Part shown: piece by piece, positions 29,976-42,662 of the stretch
Layout of the letters: each line of letters starts with the position of its first letter
Numbering within the stretch: position 1 is the stretch's first letter
Assembly (NCBI GenBank): GCA_963675745.2
Contig: CAXXWX010000019.1
Coordinates: 32,001 to 96,000 of the forward strand
DNA: 64,000 bases
Reading direction: 5' to 3'
Origin: Phycisphaerae bacterium
Lineage (GTDB): Bacteria > Planctomycetota > Phycisphaerae > UBA1845 > Fen-1342
The notes under the pieces: generated by a model
Told to the model about the DNA's origin: nothing
Databases searched by the model: none
The model's input: the letters and a program-made list of their open reading frames with translations, nothing else
Position numbers and translations under genes: made by a program

Positions 29976-30962
29976 ATGAAATCGACCGCGCAGTATCTCG
30001 ACCCCGACGTGATCAGCCAGGTCACGCGCCTCGATCTGCGTGCCCGGTTCATTGTCGAGGGCTTTCTGGCCGGGCTGCACCGCTCTCCGTTCCACGGCTT
30101 CTCCGTCGAGTTTTCCGAGCACCGCAAGTACACGCCCGGCGATGATCTGCGCTCGATCGACTGGAACGTCTTTGCCCGCACCGATCGGCTGTACACGCGG
30201 CGCTACCAAGCCGAGACGCACCTCGCGTGCAACCTGCTGGTCGATACCTCGGCCAGCATGGGCTATGTGGGCGCGCTCAAAGACGGGCTGCCGGGGAACC
30301 CGACCGCCGAGAGCACGCCGGCATCAGCCAAGCTGAGCTACGCGATTCACCTGGCGGCAGCGCTTGGCTACCTGGTCGTACACCAGCAGGACGCCGTCGG
30401 TTTGGGAGTAATCAGCGACGGGCTGACACACCTGTTGCCCTCCCGCGCGCGGCGTGCCCATCTGGCCGAAATCCTCGGCGTGCTCAGCGCTATCGAGCCG
30501 AGCGGGGGAAGCCACACCGGCGAGCGGCCCGACGATACTCCCGCCGTACGCTTTGGCGCCGGGTTGATCAGCGGGATTCACGAGGCCGTGGCGCGCGTGC
30601 CCCAGCGCGGGTTGATCGTGCTGTTGAGTGACCTGATCGCCCCGCCCGACGCGCTGCTCGAGGCCCTGCACCACATTCGTTTCCGCGGACATGATCTGAT
30701 CGTGATGCACATTCTCGATGCGGCGGAAGTCCACTTCGACTTCGCCGGGAATGTCGAGCTTGAAGACCCCGAAACGCGCGGCCGGCTGCGCGCCGACGCG
30801 CCGGCCGTGCGCGAGCGCTACCGGGCCGAGCTGCAAAGCTGGCGCGAGAAGCTGGCCACAAACCTCGCCGAAGCGCGCATCGATTATGTCCCACTCGACA
30901 CATCCATGCCGTTCGACAGAGCGCTGACCGAATTCCTGGTCCAGCGCAGCCGCCGGCAGTAG
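29976..30962 (+). CDS. DUF58 (vWA-like, MoxR-associated) protein
   Basis: GLHRSPFHGFSVEFSEHRKYTPGDDLRSIDW, DTSASM, LSDL. Confidence 0.93.
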   Translation: MKSTAQYLDPDVISQVTRLDLRARFIVEGFLAGLHRSPFHGFSVEFSEHRKYTPGDDLRSIDWNVFARTDRLYTRRYQAETHLACNLLVDTSASMGYVGALKDGLPGNPTAESTPASAKLSYAIHLAAALGYLVVHQQDAVGLGVISDGLTHLLPSRARRAHLAEILGVLSAIEPSGGSHTGERPDDTPAVRFGAGLISGIHEAVARVPQRGLIVLLSDLIAPPDALLEALHHIRFRGHDLIVMHILDAAEVHFDFAGNVELEDPETRGRLRADAPAVRERYRAELQSWREKLATNLAEARIDYVPLDTSMPFDRALTEFLVQRSRRQ

Positions 30963-30986
30963 CGGCCGCTACGCTTGAAACGAATG

Positions 30987-33717
<2,731 letters not shown>

Positions 33718-33803
33718 TGAAATCTCTCCCAGGGAGCCTGTGGCACATTGAAGCACGCCGCCGCGCCAGTGGCAAGCGCCACGCGTTCGGCTGTGGACAA
33801 CCC

Positions 33804-33848
33804 TTCGCTTCTTAGCGCCTCGCTTCGCAGCGGCTCGCTTCGTAGCGG
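33804..33848. repeat. Three tandem 15-bp units, intergenic
   Basis: TTCGCTTCTTAGCGC CTCGCTTCGCAGCGG CTCGCTTCGTAGCGG. Confidence 0.75.
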
Positions 33849-33898
33849 CCGACCCCCGAGTCGGCTGTTGTCGCGATGAGCAACTTCGCGGCAGCGCA

Positions 33899-35230
33899 TC
33901 AGCCCGGCCATTCGATCAGCGTCAGGTGAAATGCCCACAGGCCCTGCATCACCAGCATCGCGCCCAACAGCATATGGCGCGTCAGCGGACGCCACTCGCG
34001 CGCCATCCATATGCCGAGCACCACCAAAGTCGGGACGGCCGTGGCCATGTAGCGCGCGATGGGCACAATCCCAAAAGCCGCGCCCCCGGAGGCCAGATAC
34101 GCCTGCGCAAAAGTCAGCGGACCCACAAGCAACAGCGGGCGAAACCGCGCCGGCACGCGCCACATGCCCGCGATGCTGACGAACAACATGAAGAAAGTCA
34201 GCGGCATGTTCCATGTGCGCGGATTGACCAGCTCCACCAACCCAAGCGGAAAACTGATGACCACCTGCGCCAGATGCTTGAACTGATACCACACGCGCGC
34301 CATCAGCAAATACTCAATCCAATCGCCGCGATCCTTGTCCGGCACCCAGCCATTGCGGAAGTTCTCGGCATACACAAAAGCCGAGCCGTACTCGTGGTGC
34401 AGGAACGCCGCATACAGCGCGATGCCCGCGCCGGCCACGAGGCCAAGCGGGATCAGCATGGCAAGTCTGCGCCGGATGGGCGTGGAATCGTCGAGCCCGT
34501 AGGCCAACAGGAAGACCGGCACCATCACCACGGCCGTGGGGCGCGTCGCCGTTGCGAACCCACACGCCAGCGCCGCGGCCCAGAACCACCGGCGGTCGAC
34601 ACACATGCACACGATGACAAATGTCAGCAACGTCATGCACTCGGCGTAGCCCAGCGCGAGATAGCATGACGACGGCAGGCACATCGTGCAGGCCGCCACG
34701 ACCAGGGCCGCGTGATGATCCACCTTGCCCCGGATCCAGACATAGAGCAGGATCACCGCGACCAGCGTGGCGAGATGCGCGACGAGGACCATGGCGACGT
34801 TTGTACCCAGCAGCGTGGCAAACGGTCGGCAGATGAGCGGATAAAGCGGAAAGAAAGCTATGTTCTGCTCCAGGCGCTCGCCCGGCTCCGGAGTCACGTA
34901 TTTGTAACCACCGGTGACAATGCTCTTGTAATGCTGGCCGTCGAAACGCAGCAGTGGATTGAGGTCCAGCATGTACGTGGCCAGCCAGCGTGATTGCTCG
35001 GACGACGGGTCGTCGAGCTGGGCCTGCATGTCACGCGCGTAGTATTCAAACGGGTGGTACATGGCGAACGTCATGCGGAAGCTGATGAAAGTCCCCGCGT
35101 ACGCGCCCGTCCAGATCACCAGCCGCGTCAGCAGGTAGACCGCCGCGACCCACGCCAGCCCGCGACGCAGACTCACCGCTGATGGTGCGGCGGTTGGAGA
35201 GTCAGAGAAGAGCAGTTTTGAGTGTGCCAT
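33899..35230 (-). CDS. GT-C membrane glycosyltransferase, PIG-V/mannosyltransferase-like
   Basis: RFDGQHYKSIVTGGY, AFFPLYP, YAE, ATATRPT; many TM helices. Confidence 0.82.
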   Translation of the reverse strand: MAHSKLLFSDSPTAAPSAVSLRRGLAWVAAVYLLTRLVIWTGAYAGTFISFRMTFAMYHPFEYYARDMQAQLDDPSSEQSRWLATYMLDLNPLLRFDGQHYKSIVTGGYKYVTPEPGERLEQNIAFFPLYPLICRPFATLLGTNVAMVLVAHLATLVAVILLYVWIRGKVDHHAALVVAACTMCLPSSCYLALGYAECMTLLTFVIVCMCVDRRWFWAAALACGFATATRPTAVVMVPVFLLAYGLDDSTPIRRRLAMLIPLGLVAGAGIALYAAFLHHEYGSAFVYAENFRNGWVPDKDRGDWIEYLLMARVWYQFKHLAQVVISFPLGLVELVNPRTWNMPLTFFMLFVSIAGMWRVPARFRPLLLVGPLTFAQAYLASGGAAFGIVPIARYMATAVPTLVVLGIWMAREWRPLTRHMLLGAMLVMQGLWAFHLTLIEWPG

Positions 35231-35259
35231 CAGTTATGCTACGTTTTGCATGCCACCGC

Positions 35260-36021
35260 TTAACCGTCGGGCATTCCCGCGAGCAGCACGAAGCGCCCGG
35301 TATCGGCGCCCTCCACGCGGTGTGAGTAAAACAAATCTGTTCGCTCCATCGTACACAGCCCGCTCACTTCGATGTTCTCGCTGCGCACGCCGGCACGTTC
35401 GAACTGCCTTTGGTTCGCCTGCCAAAGGTCGAAGTATATGCGGCCCGCGCGCGTGGCGAAAAGGTCATCATGGTCCGGCAGCGCGTTGGCGGCCGCCGCG
35501 CGAACATCCTCTTTGACCTCGTAACTGCGCGGTCCGGCGGAAGGGCCGATGCCGACCAGCAGATTGCCCGGCCGGCAGTCAAAGCGCGCCGCCATCAGCC
35601 CGACGACTTTCGCGCCGATACCGGCCACCGTACAGCGCCAACTCGCGTGTAACATCCCCACGACGCGTCGAACAGGGTCATAAGCGAGCACCAGCGGGCA
35701 GTCGGCCGAAAAGGACATAAGCGCCACGCCGCGCGCGGCCGTGATCAGCCCATCCACGCGTTGAACCGGTCCGGCGGGCCGCGTCGCATCCACGACGGCG
35801 ATCTCGGTGTCGTGTACCTGGCAAGAATAGCGAAGTTGCTCTGCATCAAGACCGAGATCGCAGGCCATGGTCGCGCGGGCGGACGCCGCGGCAGAACCAT
35901 GCTCGGAATCGCGCAGCCGGAAGTCCTGCGGCTTGGTTGAGTAGGCGTGTACCAGACCTGGCTGAGCATCCAGGTGTTCAAACCGGGCATATCGCCGACC
36001 GTTGCGCTCGAATAGCCGCAT
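35260..36021 (-). CDS. pgeF: YfiH/PgeF (laccase-domain) family protein
   Basis: QVH, DGL, SADC, HASWR, IGPS, FDL, CT, FYSHR. The real start is ATG 36021 (TGATG overlap); the longer track ORF runs through the ADH gene. Confidence 0.88.
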   Translation of the reverse strand: MRLFERNGRRYARFEHLDAQPGLVHAYSTKPQDFRLRDSEHGSAAASARATMACDLGLDAEQLRYSCQVHDTEIAVVDATRPAGPVQRVDGLITAARGVALMSFSADCPLVLAYDPVRRVVGMLHASWRCTVAGIGAKVVGLMAARFDCRPGNLLVGIGPSAGPRSYEVKEDVRAAAANALPDHDDLFATRAGRIYFDLWQANQRQFERAGVRSENIEVSGLCTMERTDLFYSHRVEGADTGRFVLLAGMPDG

Positions 36022-36992
36022 CAGTGGTCGCCCGGTTTGAGAAGCACCTTCGCCATGCCCGGTCGGGCGGCGGCCTCGAACGCCGCCGGCCCATCGGAAA
36101 GTGCGAATGCCGCACTGATCAACGGCTCGACATCCACAAAACCGCGCTCCAGCATCTGTAAGGCATCGCGAAACGGCCCGCAGCGGTTTCCCAGGAGACG
36201 AATCTCGTTGATCACGAGCGGCGCGAGGTCGATCGGCTCCGGCTGTGCATATGTGCTCTTGAGCACGATCGTGCCGCGCGGGCGAACCAGGCGAAGCGCT
36301 AGCGCGAGGCCGTCCGGCGCGCCCGAGCACTCCACGACCACGTCCTGATCCGCCGCCGGCTTTACGTTCTCCAGCGTGAGCGTGTCCAACTCGAACTTCT
36401 TGGCCAGGGCCAGTGATTTCGGGTTTCTGCCAACAAGCGTCAGACGGCAGTGGTAGCGCGCCAGCACCTGGCCGACGAGCAGCCCGAGCCGCCCCGATCC
36501 GATCACGGTCACACGCATGCGCGGATCGATCGGACAATGCCGCGGGATTTGCAACGCCGCGGCGAGCGGTTCGACAAAGACGGCCTGCTCGTCGCTGACA
36601 CCTGCCGGAACGATATGGCAGTTTCTTGCCGGCACGACCACATGCGTGGCAAACGCGCCGTCTCGACCACTGATGCCGACGACGGTGCGCATGCGGCAGT
36701 GTGTCTCCAGGCCGCGCCGGCACATGTCGCAGTCATGGCAGACGCAGTTGATCTCGGCCACGACGCGCTTGCCCAGTAGCTCCTCAGGCCCCTCGATAAC
36801 GGTCCCCGAAAACTCGTGCCCCGGCACGCCCGTGAAGTCCAGGTAGCCGCGCACGATTTCGAGATCCGTCGCACAGATGCCGGCCAGGTGAACTCGAATC
36901 AGCACATCGTCAGCGCCGCGCTGCGGGAGCGGGTGGTCGCGGACAAAGGTGACTTGCCCCGGCTGGTCCTGGTTGACGATAAGGGCTTCCAT
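36021..36992 (-). CDS. Zinc-dependent alcohol dehydrogenase-like (MDR) protein
   Basis: GICATD, GHE, structural zinc motif CHDCDMC..HC, EPLA, GSGRLG. Confidence 0.92.
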   Translation of the reverse strand: MEALIVNQDQPGQVTFVRDHPLPQRGADDVLIRVHLAGICATDLEIVRGYLDFTGVPGHEFSGTVIEGPEELLGKRVVAEINCVCHDCDMCRRGLETHCRMRTVVGISGRDGAFATHVVVPARNCHIVPAGVSDEQAVFVEPLAAALQIPRHCPIDPRMRVTVIGSGRLGLLVGQVLARYHCRLTLVGRNPKSLALAKKFELDTLTLENVKPAADQDVVVECSGAPDGLALALRLVRPRGTIVLKSTYAQPEPIDLAPLVINEIRLLGNRCGPFRDALQMLERGFVDVEPLISAAFALSDGPAAFEAAARPGMAKVLLKPGDH

Positions 36993-37054
36993 GAGAACCG
37001 GTACTCCAACCGTCTCTGATGCGGTGTGGATGTGTGTCGACGATCGGTGGCGGC

Positions 37055-37870
37055 CTATTGGCCGCGGAAGAAACGCTGGAGATCGACCCAGGTGCGCTTG
37101 GCGCGACTTGTGCGGCGCTCGCGCGACTCCGGCGTCTGGCCGGCGCGGGCGAATAGATCAGCGCTGTTGGCCGCCTGCCACGCCTGCCAGGCCTGTTGAT
37201 CGCAATCATGATCATAGCCCGTCAGCCGGACCAGTGATTCCTCGCACATCTGGACCACCGCAAACTCTAGGTCGCCCAATCCGTCGATCAGGGCAGTAAC
37301 CACGACCGGGTCGCCGTCAAACCCGCCCAATGCCCGTGCCGCCTCGATGCGCACCGGCCGGCTCGGATCGGAGCGCAACAGCCTGATGCACAACTGGCGC
37401 ACCGGCGGAAAGAATTCAACCGGCAGCCGCGCCGGGCAGCGGTCGGCCAGCGCACTCAGCGCCTCCCGGCGCGCGAACTCGTCCGGCGGCCGAATCTCAT
37501 CCGGCGGGCGCTTCTCGTATTCGAGAATGTTCACAAACGTCGAGACCACATTGTCACGCTCGCTCCGGGCCAGCGCCCGGATGGCGATGCAGCGAAGCTG
37601 CGAGTCCGCCTCGAGTCCGGCGATAGCCTTGAACCCCTCGATCGCCCAGTCGCGGTCGCGGTTGCGGCTCCGGGCGACATGGGTGATCGCCTCGCGGCGG
37701 GTGCCGGTATCCTGCTCCGACATCGCGACCAGCATGTATTCCTCGGTGCTGCCCAACCGGCCGAGGCCGCCGCGCGCGCACCCGAACAGCGGCGTGAGGC
37801 ACGCGCAAGCCAGCAGCAAGCCGGCCACATTGTGCCTGGCGGTGCCGTGGTAGGACACGCTCGGTCTCAT
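37055..37870 (-). CDS. HEAT-repeat lipoprotein
   Basis: LFGC lipobox; repeats RREAITHV, RCIAIRAL, RREALSAL, RIEAARAL; SLVRLTG. Confidence 0.78.
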   Translation of the reverse strand: MRPSVSYHGTARHNVAGLLLACACLTPLFGCARGGLGRLGSTEEYMLVAMSEQDTGTRREAITHVARSRNRDRDWAIEGFKAIAGLEADSQLRCIAIRALARSERDNVVSTFVNILEYEKRPPDEIRPPDEFARREALSALADRCPARLPVEFFPPVRQLCIRLLRSDPSRPVRIEAARALGGFDGDPVVVTALIDGLGDLEFAVVQMCEESLVRLTGYDHDCDQQAWQAWQAANSADLFARAGQTPESRERRTSRAKRTWVDLQRFFRGQ

Positions 37871-37871
37871 A

Positions 37872-38711
37872 TCAGCGGGTTTCTCCCGGTGCCACCGGCG
37901 ACGCGATATAGCGTTCGGGTTCGACATACTCAACGTGCTCGATCGCGCGATCGAGAAAGCGTGAGCCGACCTGCTTGAATCGCTCAGGGTTGTCGCTCAC
38001 GTAACACCGCATCGTACCCAGCCCCGTGGCGTGGCTCAAGCAGCCGTCCTCTTCGAGGACGCTGCGCACGGCGCGGGCAGTTTCCCGCCCGCTTTCGACG
38101 ATCGCCACCTGCGGGCCGAGCGCATCGGCAATGGCCGCGCGCAGCAGCGGATAATGCGTGCATCCCAAGACCACGACGCGCACGCCTCGGGGGCGCAGCC
38201 GGGAGAGATAATCTTCACACGCCAGCTTCACCAGTGGATCGTCGCACGCGCGGCCTTCCTCGACCAGCGGCACGAACAACGGACAGGCCAGCGGTACCAC
38301 TTCGGCATCGGGTGCCAGCGCGTGAATGGCGCGCGGGTAGGCGCCGCTGTTGGTGGTGGCCTCGGTGCCGATAACCGCAATCGCTCCCCCGCCGGCCAAC
38401 TCGACCGCGGCTCGCGCTCCGGGCTCGACGACTCCGATTATCGGAACCGGTAGCTCGGCCACCAGGTGGTCCATGGCCAGTGCGCTGGCCGTATTGCACG
38501 CCGCGACGATCAGTTTGGGGGCAAACCCCAACAGAAAGCCCGCCGTCTCGTGGGCGAAATGGGCCACCGTCTGTCGTGACTTCATGCCGTACGGCACGCG
38601 GGCCGTATCGCCGAAGTACACAACATCTTCATGCGGCAACAGACGTTGGATGTGCTGGACGACCGAAAGCCCCCCCAGCCCTGAGTCGAAGACACCGATC
38701 GGGTTGTTCAC
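37872..38711 (-). CDS. murI: Glutamate racemase
   Basis: IGVFDSGLGG, GDTARVPYG, ACNTAS, LGCTHYP. GTG start after GGAGG. Confidence 0.97.
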   Translation of the reverse strand: MNNPIGVFDSGLGGLSVVQHIQRLLPHEDVVYFGDTARVPYGMKSRQTVAHFAHETAGFLLGFAPKLIVAACNTASALAMDHLVAELPVPIIGVVEPGARAAVELAGGGAIAVIGTEATTNSGAYPRAIHALAPDAEVVPLACPLFVPLVEEGRACDDPLVKLACEDYLSRLRPRGVRVVVLGCTHYPLLRAAIADALGPQVAIVESGRETARAVRSVLEEDGCLSHATGLGTMRCYVSDNPERFKQVGSRFLDRAIEHVEYVEPERYIASPVAPGETR

Positions 38712-38786
38712 GCGGTCCTCCCTGACCAGTCGGCGTGTAGTGCTTGTCACGAGCGCAGCGTCACCGAGCCCGCCGGCGGGTTCGAG

Positions 38787-40278
38787 CTACCGCGGCTCGA
38801 CGAGCCGACGTACGAATTTCGCGATCACCACGGCGGCGACCGCTCCGACCAGCATTATACCGCCTGCCACCGCCAGCATTTGTGGATTCTGCTGCCAGGC
38901 CAATCGAACGCTGTCGGCATAAAAGTCATAGACGTCCAGCGCCGGCTTGTTGAGCCACAACGCGGCCACGAACCCCAGCGCTAGCCAGGGCCCGAATGGA
39001 ATCATCATGCTGCGCTTGAGCAGCAGGCCGAGCAGCCAGCCCGCCAGCGCCAACGCCACTGACAACGCCAGCCCCAGCAACGCAATGTCCCAGCCACCGA
39101 GCGCGCCGGCGGCGCCAAGAATGTATATGTCGCCCACGCCGAAGGCTTCGCGCCCGAACACGAGCGTAAAGCCGATGCGCAACACCCATCCCCGCCGATG
39201 CACCGACGACCGCGCCCAGAGCGGCGTACGCCACGCCTCCAATCGGAGCGATCCCACCCCCGGGTGACCAGGTGGCCAGATGACTCCACGTATTGCCTAT
39301 AACCGGGACCCAGGCGGCGAGAAGTCCGGCGGCCACGCCCGCGATGATGATCGGCGCCAGCCAGCCGGCTTCCGACAGGGCCAGTGCCCGCGCCTGCGCT
39401 TCCTCTTCATCGATGGCGGCCTCAAGCTCGTCATCAGCTTCGCGTTTCTGCCCGCCGATCAACACCGTCATGACGAAGATGACACCCAGAACAACGGGTA
39501 CCGGCAGCAAGACGAGCAACGGCGTGCTGTGTGGATCGAGCAGCGGCTTGACCAGCAGCCACGCGGACAGACCCGCGAGCGTCGCCGCCGCCAGCGATCC
39601 GAGCGCGACGTGCGGCGCCTGGGTGACATGCGGTCGCTCAGTGTCCGGCGTCTCGGGTTCGGCGTCGTCCTCCTGGCTATCAGGCCGCCACGCCGTCAAC
39701 CAGAGCATCACAGCGCTAACAACCAGGGCCGCGACCGCGGCAAGCCCCAACGGCTGGGCAGGCGTGGATGGCGGCAGCATCTGGTGCGGCCATACAGCAT
39801 GGATCAGCAGACCCGCCCAGACCGCCGCATTCGTCACACGCGTATCGATCATGTATGAAACCAGGTCAGTCGCCGAGCAGGCGATCATCGTCGCGATCAG
39901 CGCCAGCCACGCCAGCAACAGCGGACTGTCGGCCGGCCAGCTCAGCACTCCCAGCCCGGCTCGGCTGTCGGCACCGAACAGCAGGTGAAATACCAGGCAG
40001 TAAAGCAGCCCCGTGAGCGCTTCCACCAGCGGGTATTGCAGCGATATCGCCGACCCGCAAGCACGGCAACGCCCACGCAGCAGCACCCAACTGAAAACCG
40101 GGAGGTTGTCATACCACGAGATCGTCGCCGAACATGCCGGACAAAACGAACGCGCGGGTTTGTGTATCGACAGACCCCGCGGCATGCGGTAGATGACGAC
40201 GTTCAGAAAGCTGCCCACGCACAGGCCGAGCAGCCAGACGAAAACGCCTATGATGAGCATCGCGCCAGGTGTCATCAC
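38787..40278 (-). pseudogene. Prepilin peptidase (A24, PilD-like) split by a +1 frameshift at about 39190-39193 (real or sequencing error)
   Basis: The upstream frame has GSFLNVVIYRMP, CPAC/CRAC and YPLVE. The downstream frame has EAFGVGD and IPFGPWL. Removing one G from GCGGGGATGG joins them as ASAGWVLRIG. Confidence 0.85.
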
Positions 40279-40838
40279 TCCGGTTCCGCGGGTGGCGCGG
40301 TCTCGCCGACCGCCGTCAGCACCGCTTCGACAACCGCCTCCACCGACTTGCCATGCGTGTCGACCGTATGACTTGAGATGCTCTTATACAACGGAACCCG
40401 GGAATTGAGAATGCTGGCAACCTCAGCCAGGCCCCCCAGATCGGACAATGCTGGACGTTGTGTAACGCTGCGCGGGTCGGACTGTATGCGTTCATACAGC
40501 ACCTCGGCAGGCGCCGTCAGCCAGATGCAGCGGCCGGCCGCCTGAAGGCGCCGGCGATTATCCGCCGACAGCACTGCCCCACCGCCAACGCTCACAACCT
40601 GCCGTGCCCCGGCCGTCAGGCGCGCGATGACCCGCGTCTCGCGCTCACGAAAGGCCGGCTCGCCGTCGCCGGCGAATATGTCACAGATGCTGCGCCCCGC
40701 CTCGCGCTCGACCTCGTCATCCGTGTCCACAAAACGCCAACCCAGACGATCCGCCAGCAATTGGCCGACACTGGTCTTACCGCACGCGCGATACCCGATC
40801 AGGATGATGTTGCTGGCTGGATCGGCCCGGCAGGTCAC
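40275..40838 (-). CDS. aroK: Shikimate kinase
   Basis: LIGYRACGKT, FVDTD, GEPAFRERE, SVGGG, RP, R..LY. GTG start overlaps the upstream stop (GTGA). Confidence 0.93.
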   Translation of the reverse strand: MTCRADPASNIILIGYRACGKTSVGQLLADRLGWRFVDTDDEVEREAGRSICDIFAGDGEPAFRERETRVIARLTAGARQVVSVGGGAVLSADNRRRLQAAGRCIWLTAPAEVLYERIQSDPRSVTQRPALSDLGGLAEVASILNSRVPLYKSISSHTVDTHGKSVEAVVEAVLTAVGETAPPAEPE

Positions 40839-41689
40839 CTGTACACCGTGTGGCGCAAGGTGGCGGCCGGATTCTCGAGTTCGAACAGAACCGCGTGCAG
40901 CCGCTCGTGCCCCTGGCCGGGGTTCACGCACAACGACCGACCGACCAGATCGCGGTAACTCCCGGTCACCTCGACCGACTCGTGTACATGGCCGTGCAGC
41001 GCCAGCAAAGGCTGCCGTTGCTCGATAAATCGCCGAATCGCGCGAGAGCCGATGGGGGCCTCGACCTGCGGCAGACGGTCCAGCTTGCTGTCGTACGGCG
41101 GCGCGTGGCACACGAAGATCCACGGCGGCGGGATCTGCGGTGCGGAAGCCAACTCCTCCTCAATGGACGCGTGCCCGCCAAAGTGGGTCTCACCGCTCAC
41201 CTGTCGAACCACAGCCGCGTCATCGCATACCAGACCATCACCGTCGGGGGGTATCGGATCGCCCGGGAGGTCCAGACGCTCGAAGTCCTTTACATAATGC
41301 GGCGTCCACGGCGTGTGGTGATAGCCGGTTATGCTCGTGCCACCTACGCGCCACGCCGTCTCGAGCGACAGGGTCACGACGTGGCCGGCGGCAGCGTGCT
41401 GCTCAACGAGGCGCGCCGTTGCCGTCCAATCGTGATTGCCCAGCAAGACCGCAACTTCGAGGTTACGCAGTTCCTGGCGCCACCGTGTCACGCGCGGAAT
41501 GAACGTCTCATTGATATAGGCGGCCTGAGACCTGACCGGATCATCGACCTGCCCGTCGGCAAACAGATCTCCGCCCAGTATCAGTATCTCGGGACGCTCC
41601 CTGGTCAGCAGCTCGGTTAGTTGCTCGTAAAGGGGGGCACTGCCGTGAAGATCAGTCGTGAAACAAACCAGCATGAAAAGCCCAGACAT
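40835..41689 (-). CDS. Metallophosphoesterase (Icc-like)
   Basis: DLHG, GGDL, GNHD, HAPP, HGHVHE. Confidence 0.92.
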   Translation of the reverse strand: MSGLFMLVCFTTDLHGSAPLYEQLTELLTRERPEILILGGDLFADGQVDDPVRSQAAYINETFIPRVTRWRQELRNLEVAVLLGNHDWTATARLVEQHAAAGHVVTLSLETAWRVGGTSITGYHHTPWTPHYVKDFERLDLPGDPIPPDGDGLVCDDAAVVRQVSGETHFGGHASIEEELASAPQIPPPWIFVCHAPPYDSKLDRLPQVEAPIGSRAIRRFIEQRQPLLALHGHVHESVEVTGSYRDLVGRSLCVNPGQGHERLHAVLFELENPAATLRHTVYR

Positions 41690-41718
41690 TGCGTACGTGT
41701 TGGTGAAAAGCCGCGCTC

Positions 41719-42033
41719 TTAGTACGCGGCATTCTCTAGCCGTCGATCGAAGTTGTCTACGGCTTGTTGGGCCTGATTCACCACGTCGTCGAGCGTTTCC
41801 AGCGCGGTTCGCCCACCGGTGGCCGGGGCGAATGGGTTGAATGCCGGGTCGTCACGTGTCGAACAGCCGGCAGCCACGCACAGTCCGGCGGCGCAGAGTA
41901 CCGGCCCGACGACGCACCACAGGAGGGATCGTCGGGCCAGTATTAGATTCCCCGGTGGTTCGGGCGCAGCGGAGTTGGCAGAAGGTTTGAGCATGGGCGC
42001 TCCGTGCGTCACGCTGGCCGGGTTGTCTTGCAT
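41719..42033 (-). CDS. Small hypothetical lipoprotein
   Basis: Hydrophobic stretch ending VAAGC, then a short helical tail. Start is uncertain. Confidence 0.55.
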   Translation of the reverse strand: MQDNPASVTHGAPMLKPSANSAAPEPPGNLILARRSLLWCVVGPVLCAAGLCVAAGCSTRDDPAFNPFAPATGGRTALETLDDVVNQAQQAVDNFDRRLENAAY

Positions 42034-42236
42034 CGGGGACCGAGGTCACCTGGAATGCGCTTGGGTCCAGCTCGGCCCCGACTATATCCTCACTATCGAC
42101 CGAATATCATCCGTGGTGAAGGCAAAACCCGGCGCCCAAGCTGTTTATGGGACAAGCACTTACGTCCGCTATTGCGGATTCGGGCGCGGGTCGTATCATC
42201 CTCCGCACGGTGTTCGCGCGCCCGCTGGGAGAATCC

Positions 42237-42611
42237 ATGGCGATGTTCGAAGCGATCGTAACGGGGAGTTTCTCCGCCACGCACCAGCTACGCCTGGCTG
42301 ACGGCACGCTCGAACCGCTGCACACGCATGATTGGAATGTGCGGGTGACATTCGCGGGCGACGAGCTTGAAACCACCGGCTGGCTGGTGGACTTTACGAC
42401 GATCCGCGCTCGCCTGGCGGCGCTACTGACCACGCTGCGTGATCGCAACCTCGGCGAGTTGCCCGCCTTCGCACGGTGTAATCCCTCGGCCGAGCTGGTC
42501 GCCCGGCACATTGCCGAACAGCTTTCGACCGATCAGTCGCCACGGGCGTCTCTTACGTGCGTCGAGGTTGAGGAGGAACCGGGTTGTTTTGCCCGCTTTA
42601 TTCCGAGTTAG
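42237..42611 (+). CDS. 6-pyruvoyl-tetrahydropterin synthase/QueD family protein (PTPS-III-like motif)
   Basis: FSATH, EPLHTHDW, LVDF, NPSAELVA, VEVEE. Confidence 0.88.
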   Translation: MAMFEAIVTGSFSATHQLRLADGTLEPLHTHDWNVRVTFAGDELETTGWLVDFTTIRARLAALLTTLRDRNLGELPAFARCNPSAELVARHIAEQLSTDQSPRASLTCVEVEEEPGCFARFIPS

Positions 42612-42662
42612 CACCCGGCCCAGAAGCATTCGTGGTTTGACGCGAGCGCCATCGCCTCTAAC

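Noticed and set aside
36021..36723. Long N-terminal extension of the PgeF ORF (487 aa in the track)
   Set aside because: It overlaps the ADH gene in another frame; the TGATG-coupled ATG at 36021 gives a normal-sized protein.
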